A stretch of 60,491 bases of DNA, the filler included, from Nitrospirae bacterium CG2_30_53_67 (GTDB lineage Bacteria; CG2-30-53-67): the NCBI GenBank assembly GCA_001873285.1. It is 6 parts of 6 records of this genome, joined end to end, with 100 filler letters (N's around TTAATTAATTAA, not from the genome) between each part and the next. Parts side by side here need not be neighbours in the genome. Positions count along the whole stretch, not along the records: positions 1 to 24,787 come from MNYV01000122.1; positions 24,888 to 43,136 come from MNYV01000113.1; 4 more parts are not named here. One strand, 5' to 3'. The position numbers and the translations under genes are program-made. Under the pieces are notes generated by a model. It saw nothing but the letters and a program-made list of their open reading frames with translations, ran no database searches and was not told the origin of the DNA. Shown here in pieces: positions 20,667 to 29,462 of the stretch (the stretch's first letter is position 1; each line of letters opens with the position of its first letter).

Positions 20667-21518
20667 TTATCCATACTCTTCCATAATCGTCTTCAACCTG
20701 AGCCTGTCCACCTCCCGGCCGACCAAGGGGCCTTGATCCAAAACCGGAAATTTTGATTCATAGGGCGGCCTGCTGTTTCGGTAGATAATGCCTACAGGGA
20801 TCTTCTCGCCCCATTCCATGGACGTTGCCATGGCCTTGTCCCAGTTTTCAGGATCGTATCCCTTCGGCAATTCATAGCATCTCTTCTTGTACCAGGCAAA
20901 GGTATTGACCTTATTGAACGAGACGCAGGGCTGCAGAACATCAATCAATGACAGACCCCGGTGTGCGATCCCCTTCTGAATCATGTCCGTGAGATGGCCG
21001 GCCATTCCTGAAAAACCCCTGGCCACAAAACCGGCATGCATGGCCACGGCCAAAGCCACGGGATTGAACGGTTCAGACTTCACCCCTTCAGGCTGGGCCT
21101 TGGTCACAAAACCTGGATCCGACGTGGGGCTGGCCTGCCCCTTGGTCAGTCCGTAGACCTGATTGTCGTGCACCAGAACCGTCAGGTCCACGTTGCGCCG
21201 GATCGCCGACAGGAAATGGTTCCCCCCTTCCCCATAGGTGCATCCGTCCCCGCTTTCCGCGATCACGGTCAGCCCCGGGTTGGCGAGCTTGGCGCCTGTG
21301 GCTGCGGGAAGATGCCTCCCGTGCAGGCCGTTGAAGAGATTGGCGTTCAGGTAATGGGGCGCCTTGGCAGCCTGTCCGATGCCTGCAACAAAAAGAACTT
21401 GGTGAGGTTCGATCCCGCTTGCGGCCAGGGCCTGTTTGACTGCCTTGAGGATTGAGAAGTTCCCGCATCCCGGGCACCAGGCTGTTTCATAATCTCCATA
21501 ATCGTGCTGTGTCACCAT
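20667..21518 (-). CDS. 2-oxoacid:ferredoxin oxidoreductase beta subunit
   Basis: WCPGCGNF, TPP motif GDG..DNQVYGLTKGQ. Confidence 0.95.
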   Translation of the reverse strand: MVTQHDYGDYETAWCPGCGNFSILKAVKQALAASGIEPHQVLFVAGIGQAAKAPHYLNANLFNGLHGRHLPAATGAKLANPGLTVIAESGDGCTYGEGGNHFLSAIRRNVDLTVLVHDNQVYGLTKGQASPTSDPGFVTKAQPEGVKSEPFNPVALAVAMHAGFVARGFSGMAGHLTDMIQKGIAHRGLSLIDVLQPCVSFNKVNTFAWYKKRCYELPKGYDPENWDKAMATSMEWGEKIPVGIIYRNSRPPYESKFPVLDQGPLVGREVDRLRLKTIMEEYG

Positions 21519-21547
21519 AGGGATTTACCCTTCTGACAGAAGTGTCT

Positions 21548-21616
21548 GTCATTGTCCGGCTTGACCGGACAATCCGGTTTTATTGTCTGGATTCCCCGAT
21601 CGAGTCGGGGAATGAC
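21548..21616. repeat. REP-like double-hairpin element (copy 1)
   Basis: GTCATTGTCCGGCTTGACCGGACAATCC..CTGGATTCCCCGATCGAGTCGGGGAATGAC; also at 48720 and partially at 14475. Confidence 0.9.
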
Positions 21617-21630
21617 ATGATGTGGTTGAC

Positions 21631-23316
21631 TTATGACGCTCTGTTTAATTCCCTTAGAATCCACTCCGGCGTGATGGGGAGTCCGTCATACCGGAGTATC
21701 TTCCTTTTAATCTCGAATCCGGTCTCCCGTCGGATCAGCCTGGCAAGCTGACCCGTGGCGTTCCCCTCTACACAGACCACCTCTCGAGCCTCCTGTAAAT
21801 ACCCGATGAACTGATCCGGCGCCATGGGCCAGACCTGCGAAAAATGCAGCGTTGCAACACGCCTCATCTCCTCCCGCAGTTTGGATGCCGCCTCCAGGAC
21901 CGACCCCATGGTCGAACCCCAGGAGACAAGCAGAAGATCCGGTCTGTCGTCTCCTTCGCAGACAGGCGGGGTGACCTCACCTCGGAGTCCGTTCAGTTTA
22001 TTCTGCCGCTTCTGAACCATGCGTGTACGTATGGAAAGATCCTCGGTAATATGCCCCTCTTCGGTATGCTCATCGCTGTCCACCATCACGAGATGCCTGC
22101 TCCTTCCGGGAAGGAGTCTGGGGGAGATGCCGGTTTCGGTCAATGCATATCGTTTGTAAGGCTCATTCACGGATACAGGGTCTGCCCCCGCATGGACCTG
22201 CGGCAAGTTCCCGATGTCAAAAGGAGCGACGGCCCTGTAGGAATCCGAGAGAAACTGGTCCGTGAGGATAAAGACCGGCCCCTGATACCGTTCCGCCAGT
22301 TCAAAGGCCTTACGTGTAAGATAGAATCCATCCTCCACGTTGGCCGGAGCAAAGATGGCCTTCGGAAATTCCCCGTGTCCGGCATGGAGCACAAACTCCA
22401 GGTCGGCCTGCTCGGTCCGTGTGGGGAGTCCGGTGGCCGGGCCAGGACGCTGCCCGACCACGATCACAACAGGGGTTTCGGTCATGGCAGCAAGACTGAC
22501 CCCCTCCACCATCAGGGCGAACCCGCCGCCCGATGTGGCGGTCATGCTCGGCGCTCCGGCAAAGGAGGCGCCAATGGCCATGTTGACGGCGGCGATTTCA
22601 TCCTCGGCCTGTTCCACAATCAGACCCATCTTCTCGGCGCTGGCCGCGAGACTGAGCGAGATCGAGGTCGAGGGAGTCATGGGATAAAAAGCGCAAAACC
22701 GGACACCGGCTGAAAGGGCGCCTAATGCAATGGCATCGTTAGCGTTGAGCATCAGCCGTTTTGGCGGATTCGACACCTTCGGGAGCTTTTGGAATGAAGT
22801 CTTCTGTCCTGCAGACCACCGAAATGCGGAACTCAAAACCTTCCGGTTCTGCTCGGCCAGATTGGGGTCCTTCTTCCCGAAGAGATCGTCCAGTAAACGG
22901 GCGATCAGATCTTCCTCAAGCCCCAAGAGGAATCCTGCAATCCCCAGGGCCGCAACATTCGAATACCGAGGCAGGGAAAGGTCTTTGTAGGGGACAGCGA
23001 GACAGCGATTTTCTGGAACATCAAATTCCTGATCCGCCGCCATGAGACCTTGAGGAGAAACTTCATCCCGGTGCAGACGGACCGTCTCCTGGTTCAGGGC
23101 GATCAGGAGATCCACGGACTCCTGCGGGGCATAGATCTCCCCGGCGCTCACCCGGACGGCAAAGGTGTTGTGACCGCCTCGAATCCTGGACTGATAGTCC
23201 TGGGTCACAACAATGGAATAACCGCTTCGGACAAGACTTCTGGAGAGCAGTTCCCCAATGGTCACGAGACCTTGTCCCGCTTCACCGCCGATGAGGATAT
23301 TCAGTGCCTGAGACGT
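21631..23316 (-). CDS. 2-oxoacid:ferredoxin oxidoreductase alpha subunit (gamma+alpha); apparent non-canonical start
   Basis: NILIGGEAGQG lies upstream of the first GTG (23265); FYPMTPST, QAEDEIAA, QRPGPATGLPT. Confidence 0.93.
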   Translation of the reverse strand, partial: TSQALNILIGGEAGQGLVTIGELLSRSLVRSGYSIVVTQDYQSRIRGGHNTFAVRVSAGEIYAPQESVDLLIALNQETVRLHRDEVSPQGLMAADQEFDVPENRCLAVPYKDLSLPRYSNVAALGIAGFLLGLEEDLIARLLDDLFGKKDPNLAEQNRKVLSSAFRWSAGQKTSFQKLPKVSNPPKRLMLNANDAIALGALSAGVRFCAFYPMTPSTSISLSLAASAEKMGLIVEQAEDEIAAVNMAIGASFAGAPSMTATSGGGFALMVEGVSLAAMTETPVVIVVGQRPGPATGLPTRTEQADLEFVLHAGHGEFPKAIFAPANVEDGFYLTRKAFELAERYQGPVFILTDQFLSDSYRAVAPFDIGNLPQVHAGADPVSVNEPYKRYALTETGISPRLLPGRSRHLVMVDSDEHTEEGHITEDLSIRTRMVQKRQNKLNGLRGEVTPPVCEGDDRPDLLLVSWGSTMGSVLEAASKLREEMRRVATLHFSQVWPMAPDQFIGYLQEAREVVCVEGNATGQLARLIRRETGFEIKRKILRYDGLPITPEWILRELNRAS

Positions 23317-23317
23317 C

Positions 23318-23761
23318 TTACGCGTAGGGATACATCCCTTTCTTGATGCTATTGAAATCGGAAAGGAGCTTGTCGTGTTTCCTCTCGTCTGTGAGCAGGT
23401 AGTTCAGAAGATATTCCTGAACGATCATCTTCTTTCCTTTGAGCGCGCTGAGGGCCTCTTCCACGTGTTCGACCATCTTTTTCTCGATCTGGAGATGCTT
23501 CTCTATCATGTCCCAGACCCCGCCCATCTCCTCAGGGGTCAGCGAGAGCGCCTTCTTTTCCATGCTGTCAACGATCATCTGTTGAACCCGATGGTGCGTC
23601 CTGGAGTCGTTTTGAATGATCTCCATGACGATATGAACTATCGGATTCGTGCTCTTTTTCATCACATTTCCGGTAGACTCCACCGATGAGTCTTCCACCT
23701 TCTGCCAGTTCTTCAAGGTCTTGAGAATCTTTTCCTGCAGTTCTTTGGTCGACATCTTCAT
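23318..23761 (-). CDS. Ferritin/rubrerythrin-like four-helix protein
   Basis: Repeated E..D(S/E)xxH pattern (NDSRTHH, TDERKH); SD AGGAGG; follows rubrerythrin. Confidence 0.7.
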   Translation of the reverse strand: MKMSTKELQEKILKTLKNWQKVEDSSVESTGNVMKKSTNPIVHIVMEIIQNDSRTHHRVQQMIVDSMEKKALSLTPEEMGGVWDMIEKHLQIEKKMVEHVEEALSALKGKKMIVQEYLLNYLLTDERKHDKLLSDFNSIKKGMYPYA

Positions 23762-23832
23762 ATCCTCCTTGCAACTTTTTTTGATGTTTATGTAACTAAC
23801 TCATGGCCTTTTCGGAAAAAAGCCCAGTAACC

Positions 23833-24405
23833 CTACCAGTTTTCACCAAGGACCTCAAAGTGCGCCTGCGGATGCGAGCACGCCGGACAGGTCTCCGGGG
23901 CTTCGGCCCCCTCATGGAGGTAGCCGCAATTACGGCAACGCCAGATCACCTTTTTGTTCTTCTTAAAGACCTGGCCTGACTGGACATTGGCAAGGAGGTC
24001 GTTGTAGCGTTTCTCATGCTGTTTTTCGGCCACCGAGATCGCCTCAAAAGCCTTGGCTGCAGCCTCGAAACCCTCCTCACGGGCGATCTTGGCAAACCCA
24101 GGGTACATCTCAGTCCATTCGCCATGTTCCCCGGCTGCCGCAGCCTTGAGATTCTCCGCGGTCGTGCCGATCTTCCCTGCTGGGAATGACCACTTTACCT
24201 CGGCCTCACCTCCCTCAAGGAACTTGAAATACCTCTTGGCATGTTCCCGTTCCTGATCGGCCGTCTCCTCGAAGATGTCCGCAATCTGAACGAAACCTTC
24301 CTTTCCGGCCTGGCCTGCGAAGTATGTATACCGGTTCCTGGCCTGTGATTCCCCTGCAAAAGCCGTCAGTAAATTTTTTTCTGTCCTTGATCCTTTGAAT
24401 TTCAT
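23833..24405 (-). CDS. rbr: Rubrerythrin
   Basis: AFAGESQARNRY, EREHA, EKQH, C-terminal CRNC..CPAC. Confidence 0.97.
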   Translation of the reverse strand: MKFKGSRTEKNLLTAFAGESQARNRYTYFAGQAGKEGFVQIADIFEETADQEREHAKRYFKFLEGGEAEVKWSFPAGKIGTTAENLKAAAAGEHGEWTEMYPGFAKIAREEGFEAAAKAFEAISVAEKQHEKRYNDLLANVQSGQVFKKNKKVIWRCRNCGYLHEGAEAPETCPACSHPQAHFEVLGENW

Positions 24406-24474
24406 CTTCAATGCTCCTTTCTACTTGTTCAGAGTCAGTTCACAACCTCTGTGATTAGTTTCACCTGAAAATGC

Positions 24475-24509
24475 CCCTCACCTTAATCCTCTCCCCAGCG
24501 GGGAGAGGG
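24475..24509. repeat. REP-like palindrome
   Basis: CCCTCACCTTAATCCTCTCCCCAGCGGGGAGAGGG. Confidence 0.7.
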
Positions 24510-24566
24510 TGTGGTGAGGGGGATTGATTTCATATTTTTGGTTCTTCTCCCATTTAGTGGGTAAAA

Positions 24567-24787
24567 AGGGTTCGAGGATTCCAGGGTTCAAGGGTTCAAG
24601 TGAAATACTGATGCCGGTAAACCGAGTACAAGAACGCAAACGAAATCTCCAGAGAAAAACACTGGACCCCAAGATGCCTTAATGTAGTAGCCGTCGCAGA
24701 CGGTCCCGGCCCGGCAAGAATAGATTCAAGGAGATGCCGGGATCTAACGACAAAGATATAGAAAAGCGGGACACGCTAAGCGTAACC
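24567..24787 (+). repeat. Dispersed ~230-bp element with (AGGGTTCA)n arm, copy A (runs into contig end)
   Basis: Closely similar to 45818-46057. Confidence 0.92.
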
Positions 24788-24887
24788 NNNNNNNNNNNNN
24801 NNNNNNNNNNNNNNNNNNNNNNNNNNNNNNNTTAATTAATTAANNNNNNNNNNNNNNNNNNNNNNNNNNNNNNNNNNNNNNNNNNNN
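24788..24887. other. Artificial contig linker
   Basis: N44-TTAATTAATTAA-N44. Confidence 0.98.
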
Positions 24888-24888
24888 A

Positions 24889-26154
24889 CTGATTGCCAGG
24901 GACGGGACAGAAAGAATGATCGACAAGATTGCCGCCCCGATTCGTGATCAGGAGAGCAACATCACCGGAGTGGTTCTGGCTTTCCATGACGTGACCGAAC
25001 AGAGGAAGATGCAGGAAGAACTTCTCAGGACCCAGAAACTTGAATCCGTAGGCCTCCTTGCAGGGGGCATCGCCCATGACTTCAACAACCTGCTGACCGC
25101 CATTCTGGGTAATGTCAATCTTGCAAAGGTATTTGCAGAAAAGGGAGAAAACGTTATTGAACTTCTGACAGAGGCGGAAAATGCGTCTCTTCGGGCCAAG
25201 GATCTAACCCAGCAATTGCTGACCTTCTCCAGGGGCGGAGCGCCGGTTAAGAAGGCCGCCTCGATCTCTGACTTGATCAGGGATACAACGAGATTTGTTC
25301 TGAGGGGATCCAATGTGCGTTGTGTGTTTTCTATTCCGGAAGACCTCTATCCTGTCTGTGTCGATGAGGGGCAGATCAGTCAGGTGATCAACAACCTGAT
25401 TATTAATGCAGACCAGGCCATGCCCGAAGGAGGGGAAATCTCGGTGCGTGCTGAAAATACCTCGGTCAAGCCTGGAGATGCCCTTCCCTTGAAAGCGGGC
25501 GAGTATGTCAAGATCACCATTAAAGACCAGGGTTGCGGCATTCCGGAAAAACATCTTGCAAAGATATACGACCCCTATTTTACCACCAAACAGAAGGGGA
25601 ACGGTCTCGGTCTCGCCACGGTCCATTCCATCGTCAAGAAACACGACGGCTATATCGGAGTGGAATCGGGACCCGATGTGGGGGCCACCTTTTACTTCTA
25701 TCTCCCTGCATCTCCGGATGACAAAATCTTAACAAAAAAGAAAGAGGCAGGAGTTCTCATGAACGGGGGAGGAAAAATTCTTGTCATGGATGACGAAGAG
25801 ATCGTCAGGAAGGTTGCGGGAGCGATGTTAGGCCGAATAGGCTATGAGGTTTCCTTTGCCAAGGATGGCAGAGAAGCGATTGAATCGTATCAAGCTCTCA
25901 TGGGAACCGGGCAGGCCTTCGATGTGGTCATCATGGACTTGACCATTCCAGGAGGGATGGGAGGGAAAGAGACGATAAAGAAACTCCTGGAGATAGACCC
26001 TCAAGTGAAAGCCATTGTCTCAAGCGGATATTCAAATGATCCGGTCATGGCGGATTTCAGGAATTACGGCTTTAGTGATGTGATCGTAAAACCTTATGAG
26101 GTAAAAGAAGTCGGTGAGGTATTACATAGAGTGCTGGGCGGGGGAGATCGCTGA
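24889..26154 (+). CDS. PAS-domain hybrid sensor histidine kinase/response regulator (5' truncated)
   Basis: GGIAHDFNNLL, NLIINA, DQGCGI, FTTK, GLGL; receiver LVMDDE..IMDLTIPG. Confidence 0.95.
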   Translation: MIARDGTERMIDKIAAPIRDQESNITGVVLAFHDVTEQRKMQEELLRTQKLESVGLLAGGIAHDFNNLLTAILGNVNLAKVFAEKGENVIELLTEAENASLRAKDLTQQLLTFSRGGAPVKKAASISDLIRDTTRFVLRGSNVRCVFSIPEDLYPVCVDEGQISQVINNLIINADQAMPEGGEISVRAENTSVKPGDALPLKAGEYVKITIKDQGCGIPEKHLAKIYDPYFTTKQKGNGLGLATVHSIVKKHDGYIGVESGPDVGATFYFYLPASPDDKILTKKKEAGVLMNGGGKILVMDDEEIVRKVAGAMLGRIGYEVSFAKDGREAIESYQALMGTGQAFDVVIMDLTIPGGMGGKETIKKLLEIDPQVKAIVSSGYSNDPVMADFRNYGFSDVIVKPYEVKEVGEVLHRVLGGGDR

Positions 26155-26420
26155 TCAATCCATAGCGATCACAGGGTATTCCACCCTTGCCCGCCCTTCA
26201 ACATCTCCTTACCTTCCCAAAATCCTGCTCTGCATATTTTTCTTCAAAATATCCCGATTCTTCCTGTTTCACTGGTTTGAGCATGGTTTTGTCCCCATAT
26301 TTAGTTCTGATTCTGTTGCGGTACAGCATGGCGTTTTGTTTGGCAACGGAGCTTATCTTGGGTCAAAACCCCCCTCTGGGGGGCTTCCTGATGCCACCCG
26401 CTCTGCGGGTGGAGAAATCA

Positions 26421-26627
26421 CTGGCCCTATTCGTAAATACGGTGGCATTCGAGCCTGCCTGTGCCATGGCAGACAGGTGCCGTAGGGCGGCCGGATCAAA
26501 GTTGCGCTTCTTGCGGTGTACCAGAGGGGGACGCCTCAGTCGCGCGCGGAGATGAGACCACCCTACGACCCTCTACCGGTAAACCGAGTACAAGCCGGTA
26601 CGTCACCCTATTTACGAACAGGACCAC
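26421..26627 (+). mobile_element. 162-bp MITE family, copy carrying two nested insertions
   Basis: Termini ..GGCCCTATTCGTAAATA / TATTTACGAACAGGACCAC; flanked by TCA/TTA; 24- and 21-bp inserts relative to the other copies. Confidence 0.85.
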
Positions 26628-26674
26628 TTAGGAAGAAGTTGTGGAAGATCCTGAAGCGGAAATCCGATTAGGAT

Positions 26675-26705
26675 AAAAAAAACTCCGCGGCTGACCGCGG
26701 AGCTT
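26675..26705 (-). terminator. Terminator of the cold-shock gene
   Basis: CTCCGCGG-4 nt-CCGCGGAG with T8 on the minus strand. Confidence 0.85.
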
Positions 26706-26735
26706 TAGGTTCATCCATGCATGCGCATGATGGCA

Positions 26736-26936
26736 TTACATCTTGGAAACTTTTACGGCTTGAGGCCCTTTGGTTCCCTGAGTCACATCGAAACGAACCC
26801 TCTGGCCTTCTGCAAGGCTCTTGAATCCTTCATCCTGAATCTCAGAAAAATGCACGAATACATCCGGACCACCGTCCTGAGAGATGAAGCCGAAACCCTT
26901 GCCGTCGTTGAACCATTTTACTGTGCCTTCTGCCAT
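26736..26936 (-). CDS. Cold-shock protein
   Basis: [22 protein letters not shown]. Confidence 0.98.
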   Translation of the reverse strand: MAEGTVKWFNDGKGFGFISQDGGPDVFVHFSEIQDEGFKSLAEGQRVRFDVTQGTKGPQAVKVSKM

Positions 26937-27123
26937 TTTGTTGCTCCTTCTGTTTCATTTGAAACCATTGTTTGAACGTGCAGTTTAACCGGTTCCCGGA
27001 TAATAAAAAACCGCCCAGATCTAAAAGTCTGTGCGGTCTATTTTTTACTATTCATTTGCCATAATTAATCTGCACAACCTAGATATACATCCATATTTAA
27101 CCACAGGCATATTTGAATGTCAA
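26937..27123 (-). promoter_or_regulatory. csp promoter and conserved structured 5' leader
   Basis: TTGACA-17-TTAAAT; TAGGTTGTGCAGA..ACCGCACAGA/TCTGGGCGGT-T5..AAACTGCAC, shared with 40702-40881. Confidence 0.75.
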
Positions 27124-27232
27124 GAACTATTTACATATATCCATAAGGCAGTTGAAATATATCGGGAGTTACGATAAATTATTCTTAAAGAATTTTCATA
27201 AAAACAGCCGAAGGGACATGGAGGTTATGCCT

Positions 27233-27811
27233 ATGGAAATTCCCCTGAAGATCACTTTTCGAAACGTCGATCCATCCGAGGCCGTGGAGGCCAAGATCCG
27301 GGAGCGGGCCAAGAAGCTGGAGCGGTTCAACAATGACATCATCAGCTGCCGGGTGGTCGTCGAAGCGCCGCACAAGCGCCGGCATAAGGGTATCCTCTAC
27401 AACGTCAAGATCGACATGACCCTCCGGGACGGAGAACTCGTCATCAACCGGTTGCCGGAGAAGAACAGGGCACGGGAGGATGTCTACGTCGCCATGAAGG
27501 AAGCCTTCGATGCAGCCTGCCGCAAGCTGGAGGATTACGTCAGGCGGCGGAGGGGGGATGTGAAGGTCCACGAGACAGCTCCCTCCGGGAGGATTTCGGC
27601 GCTGTTTCCTGAAGAAGACTACGGGAGGATCGAGACGCCGGACGGCAGGGATATTTATTTCCACAGGAACAGCGTCATGAACGAGGATTTCGACCGGCTG
27701 GAAATCGGCGCCGAGGTCCGGTTTGAAGAAGAATCCGGGGAGTCCGGCCCCCAGGCCGCTACGGTGCAGGTCGAGGGCAAGCATCATGTCTTAAGTCAGG
27801 CTCGGCTATGA
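27233..27811 (+). CDS. HPF/RaiA ribosome-hibernation domain fused to a cold-shock domain
   Basis: MEIPLKITFRN..SCRVVVE..EDVYVA..AFD; C-terminal YGRIETPDGRDIYFHRNSV..GPQA; SD GGAGGT. Confidence 0.92.
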   Translation: MEIPLKITFRNVDPSEAVEAKIRERAKKLERFNNDIISCRVVVEAPHKRRHKGILYNVKIDMTLRDGELVINRLPEKNRAREDVYVAMKEAFDAACRKLEDYVRRRRGDVKVHETAPSGRISALFPEEDYGRIETPDGRDIYFHRNSVMNEDFDRLEIGAEVRFEEESGESGPQAATVQVEGKHHVLSQARL

Positions 27812-28125
27812 CTCCATGGTCCGTCTATTTGGTGCGGTGTAGAGATGGAACTCTGTACACAGGGATCTCGACGGACGTATCCCGACGTTTTGCAGAACAT
27901 GATCGGAACGATGACAAGGGCGCAAAATACCTACGGGGGAGAGGCCCGCTGCAGTTGGTGTTTCGGAAGGTGATCGGCGCCAGGGGCCTTGCGCTGAGAG
28001 TCGAAGACAAAATCAAGAAACTGCCGAAGAGACGCAAAGAAGAACTGATCGAGCAGGATGACATCATCGAACAGATTATCTCACGGGCCGTCAAGGGGAC
28101 TTCCCGGAGGATGAGTTTGCCTTGA
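27808..28125 (+). CDS. GIY-YIG nuclease family protein (YhbQ-like)
   Basis: VYLVRCRDGTLYTGISTDVSRRFAEH..GAKYLRGRGP. Confidence 0.92.
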   Translation: MTPWSVYLVRCRDGTLYTGISTDVSRRFAEHDRNDDKGAKYLRGRGPLQLVFRKVIGARGLALRVEDKIKKLPKRRKEELIEQDDIIEQIISRAVKGTSRRMSLP

Positions 28126-28184
28126 AAATGCATGCGAGTGTACGCTTGACAGCGTTGTTCGATTTAAAATGAACATCGACAGGA

Positions 28185-29459
28185 TCAATGAACGGAACAG
28201 GAGATGCAGGGGTCATAGGCCCGCACCAGCATTTCACACAGCCTGGTGATATCCGGGCTCTCCGTGCCTTTCCCGGTTTCCTGCGCCACAAGCGCATTCA
28301 GGTCATAATGGATGTTGGCGTTGTTCTGCGTGGTCGGGATGATGCAGTTCGCTTTGGTGATCAATCCCTTGTCGTCGATCACGTAGTGGTGAAAGAGGAT
28401 TCCTCTCGGGACCTCCACGGCGCCCACCCCTTCGCCTGAACGGACTTCATAATCGGTGCGGATCTCATCCATGCTGCCGTCAAGGAGTTCATTGATGATC
28501 TCGATGGAGTCCTCCATCACATGGAAGCACTCGGCGAGTTGAGCTGCATTTTGCATGAAAGGATTGTGGCTGACCGGCTCCAGGCCCAATGCATGGGCGA
28601 TATCCTTTGCTTGATCACGGAGAAACAGATGGTTGTTATTGATCCGGGCCAGGGCGCCCACAGCAAAGGAGTCTCTGCTCAGCTTCGTGAATTTGGACGT
28701 GGAAAAATCCACTTTGTACTCATTGGTCATGGCCAGATAGTCCCTTTCGCCCTTGATCACGCCGTCGGATGAGATGAGATCACCGCCGATCCAGGGATAT
28801 TTATTGTCCCCTTTCAGCGAAACGAACTCGGTTTCCCTTGTAAAGTCCGGGATGGTGACCGTCTTGAAGAATTCAAATCCGGCCATCGCGTCTTCCATTC
28901 TTTGCTCTATGGCCTTTCGCAGATCCATCAACCGGGCCTTTTCCGGGGCCTTGCTCACGCCCCCCACGACCAGGCTGACAGGATGCGTGGTGCGGCCGGC
29001 GATCAGGTCGCACAGGGTGTTGGCCATGCCCCTGAGCCGGATCACCCCGGCCATCAGTTCGGGATGGGATTCCATGAGCGGCGCCACGCTCCCGGCATTC
29101 AAAAAATCCGGGGCCGCCAGAAAGAAGAGATGGAGAAAGTGGCTCTGCAGGGTCTCCCCATGCTTTGCCAGAAGCCTCAGCTTCAAAGCGGTTTTGGGAA
29201 TTGTGATCCCCATGGCCTGTTCCACGGCCCTCAGGCTGGCAAGGGTATGACCGATGGAACAGATCCCGCAGATACGCGAGGTGAGGACCGGGGCGTCATT
29301 GTGCGATACCCCCCGGAGCATGGCTTCAAAGAACCGGGGTGTTTCAACCACCTCCCATCTGGCCTGCACAAGCGCTCCGTCTTTGACCTCGATATGGATA
29401 TTGCCATGGCCTTCAACACGGGTTAAATGGCGGACATCCACATTCATATTTACTTTCAT
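28185..29459 (-). CDS. Group 3b NiFe hydrogenase large (alpha) subunit
   Basis: TRVEGHG, SRICGICSIGH (L1), EVPRG, YDPCISCSVH (L2). Confidence 0.95.
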   Translation of the reverse strand: MKVNMNVDVRHLTRVEGHGNIHIEVKDGALVQARWEVVETPRFFEAMLRGVSHNDAPVLTSRICGICSIGHTLASLRAVEQAMGITIPKTALKLRLLAKHGETLQSHFLHLFFLAAPDFLNAGSVAPLMESHPELMAGVIRLRGMANTLCDLIAGRTTHPVSLVVGGVSKAPEKARLMDLRKAIEQRMEDAMAGFEFFKTVTIPDFTRETEFVSLKGDNKYPWIGGDLISSDGVIKGERDYLAMTNEYKVDFSTSKFTKLSRDSFAVGALARINNNHLFLRDQAKDIAHALGLEPVSHNPFMQNAAQLAECFHVMEDSIEIINELLDGSMDEIRTDYEVRSGEGVGAVEVPRGILFHHYVIDDKGLITKANCIIPTTQNNANIHYDLNALVAQETGKGTESPDITRLCEMLVRAYDPCISCSVH

Positions 29460-29462
29460 ATC

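Noticed and set aside
24788..24887. TTAATTAATTAA repeated five times within N runs
   Set aside because: Identical 100-bp linkers with stops in all six frames; a concatenation artefact, so cross-linker neighbourhoods (e.g. prfC next to CRISPR) are meaningless
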